DNA from: Fonticula alba ATCC 38817 | Taxonomy: Eukaryota; Protista; Nucleariida | NCBI GenBank assembly: GCA_000388065.2 | Contig: KB932205.1 | Reading direction: 5' to 3' (one strand) | DNA: 64,000 nucleotides | In this document: positions 36,806-50,618 of the stretch, piece after piece | Numbering within the stretch: position 1 is the first letter of the stretch | Layout of the letters: the number at the start of each line of letters is the position of its first letter | Notes under the pieces: model-generated | Seen by the model: only the letters and a program-made list of their open reading frames with translations | Told to the model about the DNA's origin: nothing | The model's database searches: none | Made by a program: the position numbers and the translations under genes

Positions 36806-38983
36806 TCACCGGAGGAAGCAGCTGAAGGGGTTCATCCAGCGACTGGAGCTGTTCTGATTGGAGCCCGGGCGGCGGCTTTCTCCGGTGGGCGAGGAGCTGT
36901 TGCCCTGGGGGCTGGAGGAGGGCGAGCCGGACTTGTTCCCGGCCCCGGGGTAGACATTGGACCCGGCCTGCGAGGCGGCCCGCGGGTCGGCCGACCCCTG
37001 GCGCGACTGGTACGCGGCATTGTTGGACCCGCTGCTGGGGTCCTCGCCGAGGTGCGCGCGACTGCCGGGCAGCACCGCCGTCGAGGAGGAGGTCTGGTGC
37101 GGCGGGACCCCGGGATGGGGGGAGTTGCGGTCCGGCCGCGGCGCGCCGCGCGCCGTCGTCTGCCAATCGTACACCTGGTCGTCGACCAGATGCTCCTTCT
37201 TGAGAACCTGGTTGAAGAGCTTCAGCAGGTAGTCGTAGTCGGGGGTTTCGTCGAACTTGAGATTGCGCGCGTAGCCCAAATACTTGGCGAACTCCTCCGG
37301 GTACCCGGCGCACAGGTCGTTCACGCGGATCTCGCGCTTCTTCTCGCCGATCTTATCATACTTCTGCTTGTTGGTCTGCGCCTTGAGCCCCTGCCAGGGA
37401 AGGGCACCGCGGAGGAAGTACATAAAAACGTGTCCCAATGCCTCGAGGTCGTCGCGGCGGGATTGTTCTGCAGCGGGTGGTGTGCGTGTGATGTGTCAGT
37501 CCAGATGTATGCATGCATGCATATATGTATATGTATATATGTGCGTGTCCCTGTGTAAGAGCCGATGCGCCTCTCCGTTCTGATTGCCCCCATTGCCCCT
37601 CCCCCGTGCATGGGAGAGAGAAAGAGAAAGGAAGGAGAGAGAGGGCGAGCGAGCGAGAAAGGGCATGTACGTACCGCGGCCAATATGCGTGTTGATACAC
37701 ATGTAGCGCGCGGTGCCGGAGAGGGACTTCTTTTCCCGGTAGGGGATGTGCTGCCCGGTGTGCGGGTCGCGGTAGTACTTGGCCATGCCAAAGTCGATCA
37801 GGTACACGGTGGTCCCCTCCTGGGAGGAGTTCCGGCCAATCAGGAAGTTGTCCGGCTTGATGTCCCGGTAGATGAGGCCGCGCTCGTGACAGGCACGGAC
37901 ACGGGTGAGCTATGAGCGGGGGAGAGGGGGGGGGGGGCAAAAGCCGGTTAGCTGGCCGGCCAGGCTACGCCATGGGGGGATGGGAGAGCGGCCTGTGGAT
38001 GGGCGCGCGCGCGTACCATCTGCTTGGCCAGCATGCAGACAGTCTTGACGGAGAAGGTCCGGCTGCACACTTCGAAGAGGTCCTCCAGGCTGGGACCGAG
38101 CAGCTCGATGACAAGGACATTGAAGCTTGACTCGACACCGAAGTAGAAAACACGAGGAATGCCAGCTACAGGTTGCGAGAGGCAAGGGCCGGGGGCAGTG
38201 TGTGTATGTGTGAGCGCGCGCGTGTGGAAAAGTCAGCGTCGATGCATGTGTGTGGGCGGGGAGAGGGCGAGGAAAGGGACGGGAGATTCAGGAAGGGAAC
38301 AAAGCCGCAGACGCACGGGAGCCCTGGAGAATCTGGTAAGCGCGGTACTCATCGCGCAGCTGCGGGGCCTCGCTCTTGCGCGACTCCTGCAGGATGGGGA
38401 GGCGAGGGTGAGCACCATTCGTCAGTCCCGGTGGTGGCCGAAAGGGAAAGGGGGAAAGACAGAGCCAGGAGAGAGAGAGAGAGAGAGGGTCACACGGAAC
38501 GCACAAACTTCACGGCGACCTTGGTCTCCGGGTTCGACAGCGAGGTACCCTCATGGATGATGCCGAAGCTGCCCTCGCCGATCTTCTTGCCAACGCGGAA
38601 CTTTTCCCCGACAGTGGTGACCATCATGGTGCGGCTGGTTTCCTGTCCGGAGCTGTGCGTGTGTGTGCGCGCGTGGGAAAGAGAGAGAGAGAGAGAGAAA
38701 GGGAGGAGGGAGGGGGGAGACGAGGGACGGCAGGAAGGGTGAGTGGCAGGCGCAGGAGCGAGTGGGGGAGACCCCCCGGGGGGGGGGGGGGCAGGGGGAG
38801 GAATACACGCGGGCAGGGGAGGGCGCACCGACGGGACTGGCCGGCGGCGGGGGCGCGATGGGCGGGAGCAGCGGCGTAGTGAGCCCCGCCAGGGTTACCG
38901 GCGGCGACAGCGGGGTTGACAGCGGGAGCAGGCGCTCCGGAGGCTGTCACCGGCGGCGAGCGCGGGTCGTGAATGTGGGCCAT
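36806..38983 (-). CDS. Casein kinase 1, CK1gamma/Yck/Cki-like, multi-exon
   Basis: Motifs [99 protein letters not shown] and PDYDYL are present. The Ser/Gly-rich tail ends FSCFLR. Confidence 0.96.
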
Positions 38984-41953
38984 AGTCGGCGCACGGAGGG
39001 GGATAGGGTGCGCGAAGGGGGTGGCGGAGAAAAGCGAGACGGGGGGGCTGGCTCAGGGAACCGGCGAGTCGACTAACCGAGGGGAAGTATTCAGAGGCAT
39101 CCCACGCGCCGGGAGAGGGGAGAGGAAAGAGAGAGAGAGAGAAAGGGGGGGGGACGAGCAGGCGAGGGAGCGGAGAAAAGGGGGGGGAGAAGTGTCAGCC
39201 AGGGCGCGCGCCAAGTTAAATGCGGGGCAAAGGCCGTGGCCGACCGTGGACAGGGGGCCGGCGGGGCAGCGGACCTTTGACTGAGGGCGGCCTTTTCGCG
39301 TGCATATACAAGGCAGATCAATGACAAGTGAGCCTGGCTATTTTTGGCGGAGATTCGGGCGCACGGGTCCACTCTGTGATGGGAGATGGGGATGAGAGTC
39401 AGCGTGATGGAGGGGGGGGGGGTGAGGGGGAGTTTCGCGACGGCGTCCAAGATCCACGGCTCGGAAGGCGCGTACCACAGGGCGTGCCGGGAACTGGCAA
39501 CATGTGTGCCCGCGCACAGCGAGTCGTGAAGACAGGAGTGGCCGCCAGGGTGTGCACATGTGCGTGAGCATGGAGAGAGCAACAAAGGGGGCGAAAGGGC
39601 GGAGCAGGGCAAGGAGGAGGAGGAGAGGCGCACGTGTAGGACGGCTCACGCAGGGGGAGGGGGAGGCGACACGGCGGAGGCCAGCAGGCGGCAAGGCCCA
39701 GGGAGAGGGGGGNNNNNNNNNNNNNNNNNNNNNNNNNNNNNNNNNNNNNNNNNNNNNNNNNNNNNNNNNNNNNNNNNNNNNNNNNNNNNNNNNNNNNNNN
39801 NNNNNNNNNNNNNNNNNNNNNNNNNGGGGGAGGCGAGTGCGCGCGCGCGCGCGCGTCCCCGACGGGACTAAGAGAAAACCGTCCGCCGCCCCTGAGCCTC
39901 GGTCCCGCGCTGCCCCTCTCTCTCTCTCTTTCTCTCAACCGGAGGGGAGGCGCGCGCGGCGGTCTGCCTTCCTGTGTGCTGGCTGCCACCCGCGCCGCCC
40001 GTGCCGCCCCCGGAGGGGTTCCGAGGTCTGGTAGAAGCCCCGCTGCGCGGTCCCTCCCCCCCCGGGAGACTGCCAGGTGAAGAAGGGGTCACGCCGTCCG
40101 GGTGTTCTTGGTGGGGGCGGGGGCGGGGGGGCGGGGGCGGGGGGGGGCGGCACCCCCTGCCCGACCCCGCCCTTCTGGTTGGCCCCTGTAGGTGGGTGGG
40201 GGGGTGCGTACGTGCGTGTGTACTTTTGCGCGTGCATGCTTACGCGCGTGCGGATGCACCAGCCCCCCGGCGGGACGGCGCTTGCGAGAGAAATGCGCGT
40301 CCGCGCCCCCCCCCCCCGGGGGGGGGCCATTTTATTTATTAACGGTTTCCCCCGCGGAGGGGGGAACAGCGGGCAGCCGGAGTCCTCGCCCCCTCGCCCC
40401 CTCTCGTTCCCGAAGCGGGGGGGGGGGGGGAGGGCGGTCACACATGCGTCTCGCCTTTCGTCTTTTGGCGGCACCCCCGCGGCAGGATGGCTCACTTCCG
40501 GGGGCGTCGTGCGTGCGTGCATGCATGCATGCGCACGCGTACCCCCCCCCCCATATGCCTGGCCACCGAGCAGAGACAAGAGCGCGGCGGCTCGGCGGGG
40601 CGCCGTCGCTGCTGGGTCCCGCATGACGGGATCCGCCGTACGAACCACCCCCGGGCGTGCACGGGCCCCAGGCCGGTCCGGCGGGCGCGCCCGCCCCCTG
40701 CCGGCCCGCCGCCCCCCAGCCGAAAAAGCGCCAGCTGCCCCCTGCCTCCCTCCCCCCCGGCGGCCGCACGGTCAAATGAGCGCTCCCTCCGAAGCGGGCG
40801 CACGCGCGTATTCCCGGACCGGGGAGGGCCTGCCCGCCGCGAGGCGGGGAGCCAGACCGTGCTGGCCCTGCTCTTTCTCGCCGTGCCGCGTTTCGCCCTG
40901 TCTCCCCGCCCCTTTTGGGCATCCGGCCGAGGATCGGACGTACGCCCGGGCCGGGCCGGGCCGAGACGCACGCCCTGGCGCGCGTGCGCGCGCGGGGGGG
41001 GGGGGCGACCGGTCGCAGAGTACCCCGGGCCGGGGCCGCGGCACGCGCTCCCTGCGCCGGCCTGTCTCCCTCGGCCGTTCCCCCTTCCGGTGGTCACTCT
41101 CCTCTTTGGGTGGTGGAGAGAGGCTAATGGGCGGGGCGCCTCCTCTGCGGTCGTGGCCGGCCGATCTCTCCTCGGATAGTCCCCCCCCCCCCCTATTCGG
41201 CCACCGTGCGACCCGCTCCTCTGCCGGCGCCTCGGCCGAATGCGAAGGGCCCTTGTGCGAAGGGCATGCACGCGCACGGAACGGAGGCCCTGTGGCCTCC
41301 CCCGCCCCGCCCGGCAGCGAGCCACGCATACACCCACGCACACGGACACACAGCGGTAGGCCAAGGGGGGGGGGGGCTATGCGGGCCTGACTCATTTTCG
41401 GCGAACCTTTGGGGCTTCGGCCCACCGTGGCCGGGCCGAAGCCCCCCCGCGACTTCGATCTCCATCCCCTCCGCCTGCGCCGATTGCTGGGCGGGGGGAG
41501 CCGGCCCCCGCCCCCCCCGCCCCGCCCCCCCCAGGGTGCCAGTCCCGGTTACATGCCCGCCAGCGCTCCCCGGCCTTCGCCCCCCGGCGACGAGCCGCTC
41601 CGCCCCTGGCCGGGTGTCATGGCGCCCCCCACCGCCGCCCCAGAGGGGGCAGGAGGGAGGGAGGGCGGAGCGTTTGCTCCCGCGCCCCCCGCCTCAAGGG
41701 GGCCCTAAGGTGACAGTGGTGGTGGTGGTGGTGGTGGTAGTGGGCCCCTCGGCTACCCCCCCCCCCCCGAGGAGCCGGGGCGAAAGAGGGGGGACGGGAC
41801 GTGAGCGGAAGGGGCGGCGGGGTGTGCTATGCACAGCAGCTATGCAGCTATGCGGCGCCGCGGCCACGCGTGTCCCCCTCCCCCCGCCTGCCGGGCCGTG
41901 TGTCGGCTTGGAGCGCGCGCATGTGAGCGCAGAGGGCGCGCCCGAGCCCCTCG

Positions 41954-42012
<59 letters not shown>

Positions 42013-45000
42013 ACGGAGTCGTCCAGCTTCTGCAGGAACTCCCGCNNNNNNNNNNNNNNNNNNNNNNNNNNNNNNNNNNNNNNCTTCTTGAAGAGGACCA
42101 GCTCGATCAGGCCCACCCCCCCCGGCCAGACCTCGCCCCCAGGCAGGGGTTTTCCCCTTCGGCTCGCCTGTTCGGGACCCGAAGGTCTCCGACGGGAGGG
42201 GGGGGGGGGCGGGGAGTGGCCGACCCGTCGCCCAGAGCTCGCGCACCGCCGGCAGGGTCCGAGCGGCTTCTCCATCTGCCAGGGCACACACGCACTTGCG
42301 TGTACTTTCAAATCGCCCCTCTCACGCCCCCCCCCCCCTGCCCCGCCCCCGCCCCCAACAAAAGACACCCGGTGGACCACGCGCACCATCAAATTACGGG
42401 TCGCCCACGGTCCGCTTGCCCGTATCCGCCCCCTCCCCCCCCCCGGGGGGGGGGGGCGGGAGAGCGCCGAGGGACGGGAGCCGACGTGTCGCGCAGCCGG
42501 GCGCGTCCGACCTGGGTTTCGCCAAGGTCGCTTGCCGTCGCGCCGCCAGGCGCCCTGCTTCCGGAGCGGCAGCCATTGGCGCCGGCGCGTTTGGCTTCGT
42601 GGTGCCCTCCTTTCCTCATCGTCGCCCCCCCCCCCCCCCCCCCCTCCGGAGCATGTGGCCGTGCATCGGGAGGGAGTACTGGGGCCCCCTGCCCAGCGCG
42701 CCGGGCCGCGGTGGCAGGCCTCCTCTGCCCGGCCCCGGCCAGAGCACAGACGCGTTGCCGGCGGCCGGTCCCCCGGAAGGTAAACATCAAAAAGAGGGCA
42801 TCGGCCCTGCACCTGGAGGGAGTGCGAAATCCCCCCCCCCCCCGCACATGCCGCGCACGGACACGCGCACGCACGGGCAGACGCGGCAGGCGGGCTTTCC
42901 CCCTGCCGCGGGGGCCCCTCCCTCGCGGCCACCAGCTGGGGACGCTGCATATATTTCCGACAGGACCGGCCGAGCGGCGGAGGCGCCAGGCGCACACACG
43001 CGCCTGGTCGCCCGCCGGCACAGGCCCCGCCTTTCGAGCACACCGACCAAGGTTGCCGCGGTGCCGTCGCCGTGTCACCGCCAGTGCCCGCGCTCGGATC
43101 CCCACCTCACGGCACCTGACCGGTCGCTTTTGGGTCAATCCCGGCTCTTGGCCGGCGGCCCCCCGCCCGCCCGCGGCGTAGGGAGGGCGGAGGAAGGGCT
43201 CCGGGCGGGGCGGCGACGGCGGGGCCTGTAAAGGAGAGGGGGAAAAATGGCCCGGAAGGGCGTGTGCGGCCCTCGCGTGGGCTGGGCCAGCGCCCGGGGG
43301 CAGCGGAGCCGCTGGGCTGAGGCCCGGGGGGGGGGGGACCGGGGACAGGAGCAGACAAAGACAGGCAAAGACAGGCGCTGCGACGGACGAAGAAAGACAA
43401 AGACGCACAGAGACGGGCGGAGACAGTGGGAGAGAGGCAGCACCACAGCCGGCCGGCGCCCGGCGCTGGGGCTAAGCATGCCGGGCGCAAGGGGCCAGGA
43501 GGGGCGACCACACCCAGGCAGGGGGAAGAATGCATCGATCAATACCCGGCGACTGGCGGGCCAGCGCACGCTGGCCCCTCCTTTCGGTAGCCGCGGAATG
43601 TCCATCCCACTGTCACGGGGCGGGNNNNNNNNNNNNNNNNNNNNNNNNNNNNNNNNNNNNNNNNNNNNNNNNNNNNNNNNNNNNNNNNNNNNNNNNNNNN
43701 NNNNNNNNNNNNNNNNNNNNNNNNNNNNNNNNNNNNNNNNNNNNNNNNNNNNNNNNNNNNNNNNNNNNNNNNNNNNNNNNNNNNNNNNNNNNNNNNNNNN
43801 NNNNNNNNNNNNNNNNNNNNNNNNNNNNNNNNNNNNNNNNNNNNNNNNNNNNNNNNNNNNNNNNNNNNNNNNNNNNNNNNNNNNNNNNNNNNNNNNNNNN
43901 NNNNNNNNNNNNNNNNNNNNNNNNNNNNNNNNNNNNNNNNNNNNNNNNNNNNNNNNNNNNNNNNNNNNNNNNNNNNNNNNNNNNNNNNNNNNNNNNNNNN
44001 NNNNNNNNNNNNNNNNNNNNNNNNNNNNNNNNNNNNNNNNNNNNNNNNNNNNNNNNNNNNNNNNNNNNNNNNNNNNNNNNNNNNNNNNNNNNNNNNNNNN
44101 NNNNNNNNNNNNNNNNNNNNNNNNNNNNNNNNNNNNNNNNNNNNNNNNNNNNNNNNNNNNNNNNNNNNNNNNNNNNNNNNNNNNNNNNNNNNNNNNNNNN
44201 NNNNNNNNNNNNNNNNNNNNNNNNNNNNNNNNNNNNNNNNNNNNNNNNNNNNNNNNNNNNNNNNNNNNNNNNNNNNGGGCGCGAGGGGGGGGGGGGAGGC
44301 GGGGGGACAGGCACACCGCCGGGCAGCCCTGTTAATGTCGCGAGGTCCCGCGGCCGCCGGCCCGCCGGGCACAGGCGTGTGTCGGAATCGCGCGTGCAGG
44401 CGACACACATGCGCCCGGGCAAGGGCCGATCGCACCTGGCGGGCCAGCTGGCGCTTGGGGGCGGCCGCGGCGCCCCCCCCCCCCCCCCCCCCCTCCTTAC
44501 ACGTGAAAGGACCCGCCAGGCCGCCGTGGATTTCCATGCAAAAGAACCGGCGAGCCCTGGAACGATGCGGCGGGAGGGGCGGCGGGAGCCGAGGAGCCGC
44601 ACCGGGGGGACGGCACGGCCCCACCTCATGCTCGGGCTCCTGAAGGAATGCCATGTAGAGGGCGTGACACACCCACACACACGCACGCACGCACACACGC
44701 ACACATGGAGCCCCCCGACCCCGAGCGAGCCTGGTGCCCGTCACGCCCAGGGTGTCGGGGCACCTGGCGCCCTCCCCTCGGCCTTCGCCGGCCCCCACCC
44801 CTCTCGTCGCGGGCGGGGCTGTGTGGCAGGTGGGGAAGGAGGGCGGGGGCTGGGGGCAGCCGCATCCGGCGCCTGCCCCTTTCCGAGAAAGCACTGGCCC
44901 CCCCCCAGACTCGGGGGCCGATGGCCGTGCGCTTCTCCGTACCCCCCTCCCCCCCCCCGGCTCGGCGGTGCCCTCCTGCACGCTTCTCCGTACCCCCCCC

Positions 45001-47716
45001 CCTCGCTCCCTCCGCGTTACAGGCCTGCGCGATCGCCCCGAGTGTTCGCTCGGAATATTCTCCTCGTGCGCTGGCCCCCCCCCCTCCCCCCCCCCGGCCG
45101 GCGCGGCCGGGTGTGCGATGGGGCGCGCGGCCGGGCGGTATGCCCATGAACACACTCGCTTCCCCCGCAGCAGGGCAAGATGGTGGTCCCCCCCCCCCCC
45201 CCCCCCCCCCACGGGCCTCCATGCCTCCCCCCGGGTGCGCCGCGGGCTCCACAAAATACGTCCACGCCTTGGTTCGATGGTGACGCGCTCTGGGCCATTG
45301 GCCGCGGCTTCGGGGCGCCGCGGCCCTCGTCGCCGGAAATGCCGGTACCGATCGACCGGCGGGGGAAGATGCCCCGGGTCCATGTATCTCGCACTGTGCT
45401 TGGGTCTTTCGCCGGGTCGCCGGGGGAGGACGGGGCACCGCAAGCAAATACCCGCCATCCCTCTGTTTGGGCGGGCGAGCGGTGGGCCGGTCGCGCGCAC
45501 TCGGCAGTATCCGGGGATTTTTAAAAAGCCCCAAACAAACCCCCGGAGCTCTCCCTCGGCCGCCCTCTCTCGGGACCCCTCAGAGCCCGGAAAGCGCGAG
45601 GGCCGCCGGCGTCGGGCCCCCCCCCCCCCCATCCCCCGCTTGCACCAGGGGCGAGCATATCCACCGGCGCCGGGCCCAGGCGCGCGCCTTCGCCTCCTCC
45701 TCCCCCGCCTCCGCCACCCGGCCCGGTGCCAGCGCGCCAGGCAACACAATCCCGCATATTTATTTGCGTACTCTGGGGTGTCGACGCGCCCACGCGCGTT
45801 CACACACACACACACACATATGCATGCATGGGCAAATATGCGCGCGGCCTGCTGGCATTCAGGCGCACTAGGTCCACAGTCCACAGCCGGCGCGCGTGGC
45901 CCGGTGGCCACCGATGCCAGCTCACTTTGTCTGTCGTACCCTGGACTCGGCCCGTGGTCCTGCGGGCCACAACCGCGGCGGCGGCGGCGGCGCTGGCGGC
46001 AGTTGACCCCTCCATTGAAAGGGACAAATTCTTGCGCCCCCCCCCCCCCCCTCCCGGGGAGCCTCTGACCGAGCCCCGTATTCCGCAGGCAGTGTGTGTG
46101 CGCGCTGCGCTGCACCGCGCCGCCACAGCGCTCCCCGCGGGGGCCGAGGGCGGAATACGCGGAGCGCCGCTTCTTTTTCTTCGACCACCCCCGGCCACTG
46201 CCCGACCACCTCAGACGCTCCCCTCCCGCGGGCCTTTTCCCGAACCACCCCCCACCCCCATCGGCCGAAGACAACCCATGAGCCAGTGCTCCTGACCTGC
46301 GATCACTCCCCGGAGGGTGCTCGCTACGGCGCGGCCACCTGGGGGCGGGGGGGGGGGACGCGCGCTGATGAGCAATGACCAAAGGCATCCCCCCCTGTGG
46401 ACCCATGCGCACGCCTGTGTTTTGGTGGTTGTGGCTCGCGAGGGAGGCGGGGGCGGGGGGATGCGGGCGCGCTCGAGCGACCGCTGGCCATTGGTCGGAG
46501 GGCCGACAGGGCGCCGATGCTGCGCCGCCATGCTGAGCAGGACGCCGCACTGAGAGGCGGCCAGCGAGACGGACAGGGGCTCACCTCCTCGGCCCTTCTG
46601 CCTCCCTCCCGGGGGGGGGGGGGCTCCCGCCGCCCGGCCTGCGTCCCCCTGCCGCCGCCCCACAAGCGGCCACACCATCCCGGGGTCTTGTGCATGCGTG
46701 CATGCTTGCGTGCTTGCGTGCATGCGTGCATGCGTGTGTGTGTGTGTGTGTGTATGTAGGTGCTTGGGTGCGTGGGTGCGTGCGCTGGTCGCGCGAGTGT
46801 GCGAAACAAAGGGAGGCCCCGGCGGTTGTCGCCGGCTCTCGCCCGGGGGGCTTTGCGACCGGAAGCATAAGAGTTGGCATCATGGGCAGGGTGCCGCGGG
46901 CCCATGGGGCGGGGCCCTGTCCCCCGGCCGCGCAAGACAACACACTGGTAAGTCGGCAGCGCTGGCAGGGGAGGGCCTCGGCGAGGCATTAACCCGCTGC
47001 CCGCTCGCGCTTACAGGCACCATTAACTCACTTGCTCCGGAAGTGGGGCCGGCACGCACCGTTGCTCATACCCCGCAATGGTCGGGGATCGCCCGGGCCC
47101 TGTGACCCGATCGCCCCGGGCAGCAGGCCCGCCCCGGCCGGAGGGGGAGCAAGCCCTGTGTCTCCCCCCATTGGGACGGATCTCCCCCCCGCCCCATGCG
47201 GCATGATCCCGACTCCGAGCGGTCTTCCCCATCCACCACCCTCCCCTGCCATGTTCCTGTGCCTGTTTCTCTCCTTCCGCCCGGCGCCCCGGTCACTGCC
47301 TTCGGCCGGGCTGTCCGGTGCCCCGAAGAGAAGGCCCCCCGGGGGCGTGTGCGGCCAGCCTTTGGCCATTCCTCTCGCACTCTCCTCCCGAACAACCCAT
47401 CTTGAGCGAGAATTCGGTCGCCGCCTCGCCCGCGCCATTGACAGAGGCGCACCCCCGGGCGCCGGAAAGCCTGCCCAGCGGATCCCGCTCTCTCTCTCTC
47501 TCTCTCTCTCTCTCCGACGACGACGACGGCCCGGATTGGGCCCCGCTGCCGCTGTCAACCACACGGCCACGACACTGATACCAAGGCCCCCCCCGGCCGC
47601 CGTGCCCTCGCCGCCCGAAAGGCCAGCGCACACACACGCACGCGCAAGCGCCGGCCGGGACACCCTTCCCTCCATCCCGCGCACCCTGGGCTTCTGAGCC
47701 TCCCTCCGCTGGCAAG

Positions 47717-50277
47717 ATGTCTGCCATCGGGGAGATCGATGACCGAATATGCCTACGACTCCGCAGTATGACACCCATCGCCCTCGACAGCCCGGTTGTT
47801 GGGGAGGTCCCCCCTCCTCCCCCCTCCCCAGGCCAGCCTCCCACTGACAATGACCCACTCTCTTCCCCCCCTTAGTCTTCCGTGCACGCGACCTTCCCCC
47901 GGGATTCAACGGTACGGGCTGTCATCGCGCCTCGACCCTGCCTCCCGAGTGGCCTGCCGCACGTGAGGGCGCTTTCCCCATCCATCTCCTACCCCCTCTT
48001 TCTCTCTGACACACACTGTCTCTTCCTCCCTGCCCTCCCCCGCCATTGGAATGCAACTTCTTGCCCCATGCCTGCCATTCGCTTGGGCCGCCGCGCAACC
48101 GCCCTGATCAGCCTGCGTGCAGGTCGGCTACCGCAAGGAGCAGTTCGCCACCAACTACGCCGAGGTTGATGACCATGGCAATGTCCAATGGATGGAGGAG
48201 ATGGACTTGTGCGTGTCCTTGCCCAAGACCCCCTGTCCACCCCCCCCCCCCCCCCCAACACTGACCACCAGCCTTTCAGCGGCCAGCGCCAGGGCGAAAA
48301 GGAGCTGGTCTTCCGTGTGCACCTGGCCCGCATCGAGGACGGAGCCCCGCCCCAGGTAAGCTACCACAAGCGCTTCGGCTTCCGAAACCGCTGGCGGGCC
48401 AATCGCTCTCACGAGTGCGGCAAGCTGCGCCTCACCCCGTCGGACATCAAGCAGATCGTCAATGAGACCGACCCGGACTCCGGCGACCCGCACTCGGCGC
48501 GCACCGGTCAGCAGCTCCGCCAAATGCAAGTGGAAGACATGGCCGGCGCCTGGCGCGCGCTCACCTGGCTCGATGAGGTCCCCCTCGGCGCCGGCAAGCT
48601 GCCCTCCCTGTGCATCGGCATCTCCTTCGTGGATATTTCCGTCCTGACGGACGCCGGCTACTCGGTGGCCACCACGTCGCGATGGAAACTGCGCGGTGCG
48701 TGTGACCGGCTCTGGGCCCGCGCGCCTGCGCCCGCCCGCTGCCCTGCGACTGACATGATGCAACCCGACCGGCCGAGCCAGAACGCGTGCGGCGCAAGCG
48801 CGGCCCCGCCATGTCCTGGGCCGGGCCGCGCTTTGACGATTCCCAAGTGTGCCCCCTCTGCCACATGCTCATGAGCCAGTGTGCCTGCGATGACCGGGTG
48901 AGCGCGTACTCCGCCACGCCGACCGGCCGCCCGGGGCCCGGCGCGCCGCGGCCCATATCGCCCGATCGCCGGAGCGTTCGGTCCACCAATCCCTTCGACA
49001 CCCCCCCGGAGGAGGACCCGCAAGACATGTGGTACACCCCGACCGCCTATCGGGCCAGCCTGTCGAGCGGCGGCGTCGGCAAGGGAGCCGTGGCCGTGGT
49101 CCCGCGAGCCGGGGTCTCCTTTGCCGGGGTGCCCGCCCCGATGATGGCCCCCGGCCACACCCAGCCCCTGGCGCGCGGGGTGACCTACACGCCGCCCGAC
49201 TCGCCGCAGGGGCGCCGATATAGCTCGACTTTCCAAATGTCCCAGGCCCACCCGCTGAAGCCGGGGCCCGTCTTGCCGGGGGTGGTCGCCCGGTCGCCAC
49301 AGCCACGCAGCGACACCATCCGCGTGGATCCCTACCAGGGGGACCTCTTCGCCGGGCGCATGTCTGTGGTCCCGGCGGCGGGGGATGGCGGTGAGCCCGG
49401 GTTTGCGCGACACCGGCCCCCGGCGGTTGTGCTCCCCGGCGGCGGGAGTGTTCCCTACGACACCCGGAGCATCAACAGCATGGGCAATCCCTTTGCCGGC
49501 GAGCCGGATGGCGGGGTGCCGGGTCGTGGGGCGGCGGCCGATCCCGACTGGAATCGCATCAACCGCGACTACCGCCATGGGGCCGGCGGAGGCCAGGGCG
49601 ACGGCCCCGGGGGACACCACCTTCCCCGGTCGCATGGGGACTACTTCGATGAGGACCGCAGCCATGGCCGCGTGGGGTCCATGGGCGGGGCTGGCGGTGG
49701 GCCGGGCGCCGGGGCGCCCCCCAGCCATTGGTACGCGGCGGATGACCTCCACGCGGCGGGGGGCCGGTCTCGACGCGGCTCGTTCCAGGGCATTCCCCAG
49801 GCCGCGGGCCCGGCGGCCGGCTACTCGGGGCCCCCGCGCCCTGCATCGTACCACCTGTCCGATGACCACAGCCAGGAGGACCACCGCGAGTTGGTCCGGT
49901 ATGCGGCCACCGCGCCGCACTATCGTGAGCCGGGCTCCGGCCGGAGGAATTCCATCCAGCACTCGTTGTACCGGCCACCCGGCGACCATGCCCACGGCAC
50001 GACGATGGTCCTGGATCCGGGGGCCGCTTCGGCAGGCCTGATGCCCATGTTCCTGGTCAATGGCCACGAGGTGGACCCGCGAATCATTGAGCAGGCCCTG
50101 GCCAACTATACCGGGGATCCCTTCACCGAGGAGGACCTGCTGGCCTTGCGTTTGCAGCTGGCCCGCGCCGAGCATGACCTCGAGCGCTACCGGGCCTACG
50201 TCGGCCGGCTCCTCAGCCGGGTGATGATTGTCTGCCCCGAGCTGTTGGAGAAGATCGGCGCCAGCATCCCGCCCTGA
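47717..50277 (+). CDS. C2-like N-terminal domain + long disordered linker + C-terminal FIP-RBD (Rab11-binding) motif; class I Rab11-FIP-like; multi-exon
   Basis: Splicing gives LRLRIFRARDLPPGFNACVQVGYRKEQFATNY...VQWMEEMD...ELVFRVH (C2-like). The C-terminus LERYRAYVGRLLSRVMIVCPELLE matches the FIP-RBD pattern Y[IV]xx[LI][LI]xx[VI]MxxxPx[IL]L. Confidence 0.55.
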
Positions 50278-50618
50278 TGGGGGCTGGCTGGAGTGGGGGG
50301 GGGGGGGGGGGCCGGGGGGGGGGTTGGNNNNNNNNNNNNNNNNNNNNNNNNNNNNNNNNNNNNNNNNNNNNNNNNNNNNNNNNNNNNNNNNNNNNNNNNN
50401 NNNNNNNNNNNNNNNNNNNNNNNNNNNNGGGGGGGGGGACGTGCGCCGGCGCAAGAGGTCTTTTGAGGCGCACCTCTGCCCCGCCCCGTGGCGGCGGCCC
50501 GGTCGCCGCCCATTCCCTAAGATACTGCCCTTCCGCCACGACTGTCCTCCTCTCCTCTCATCCTTTCGCAGGGCCCCCCCCCCACCCCGGCCGACGTACA
50601 CGCACACGCACGCGCACA

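Noticed and set aside
43135-46550. Very long ORFs (up to 1003 aa) at 43-46.5 kb and similar ones at 17.5-21 kb
   Set aside because: They run through N gaps and GC-rich low-complexity DNA that lacks stop codons, and translate to Arg/Pro/Gly-rich text with no domain or codon bias.
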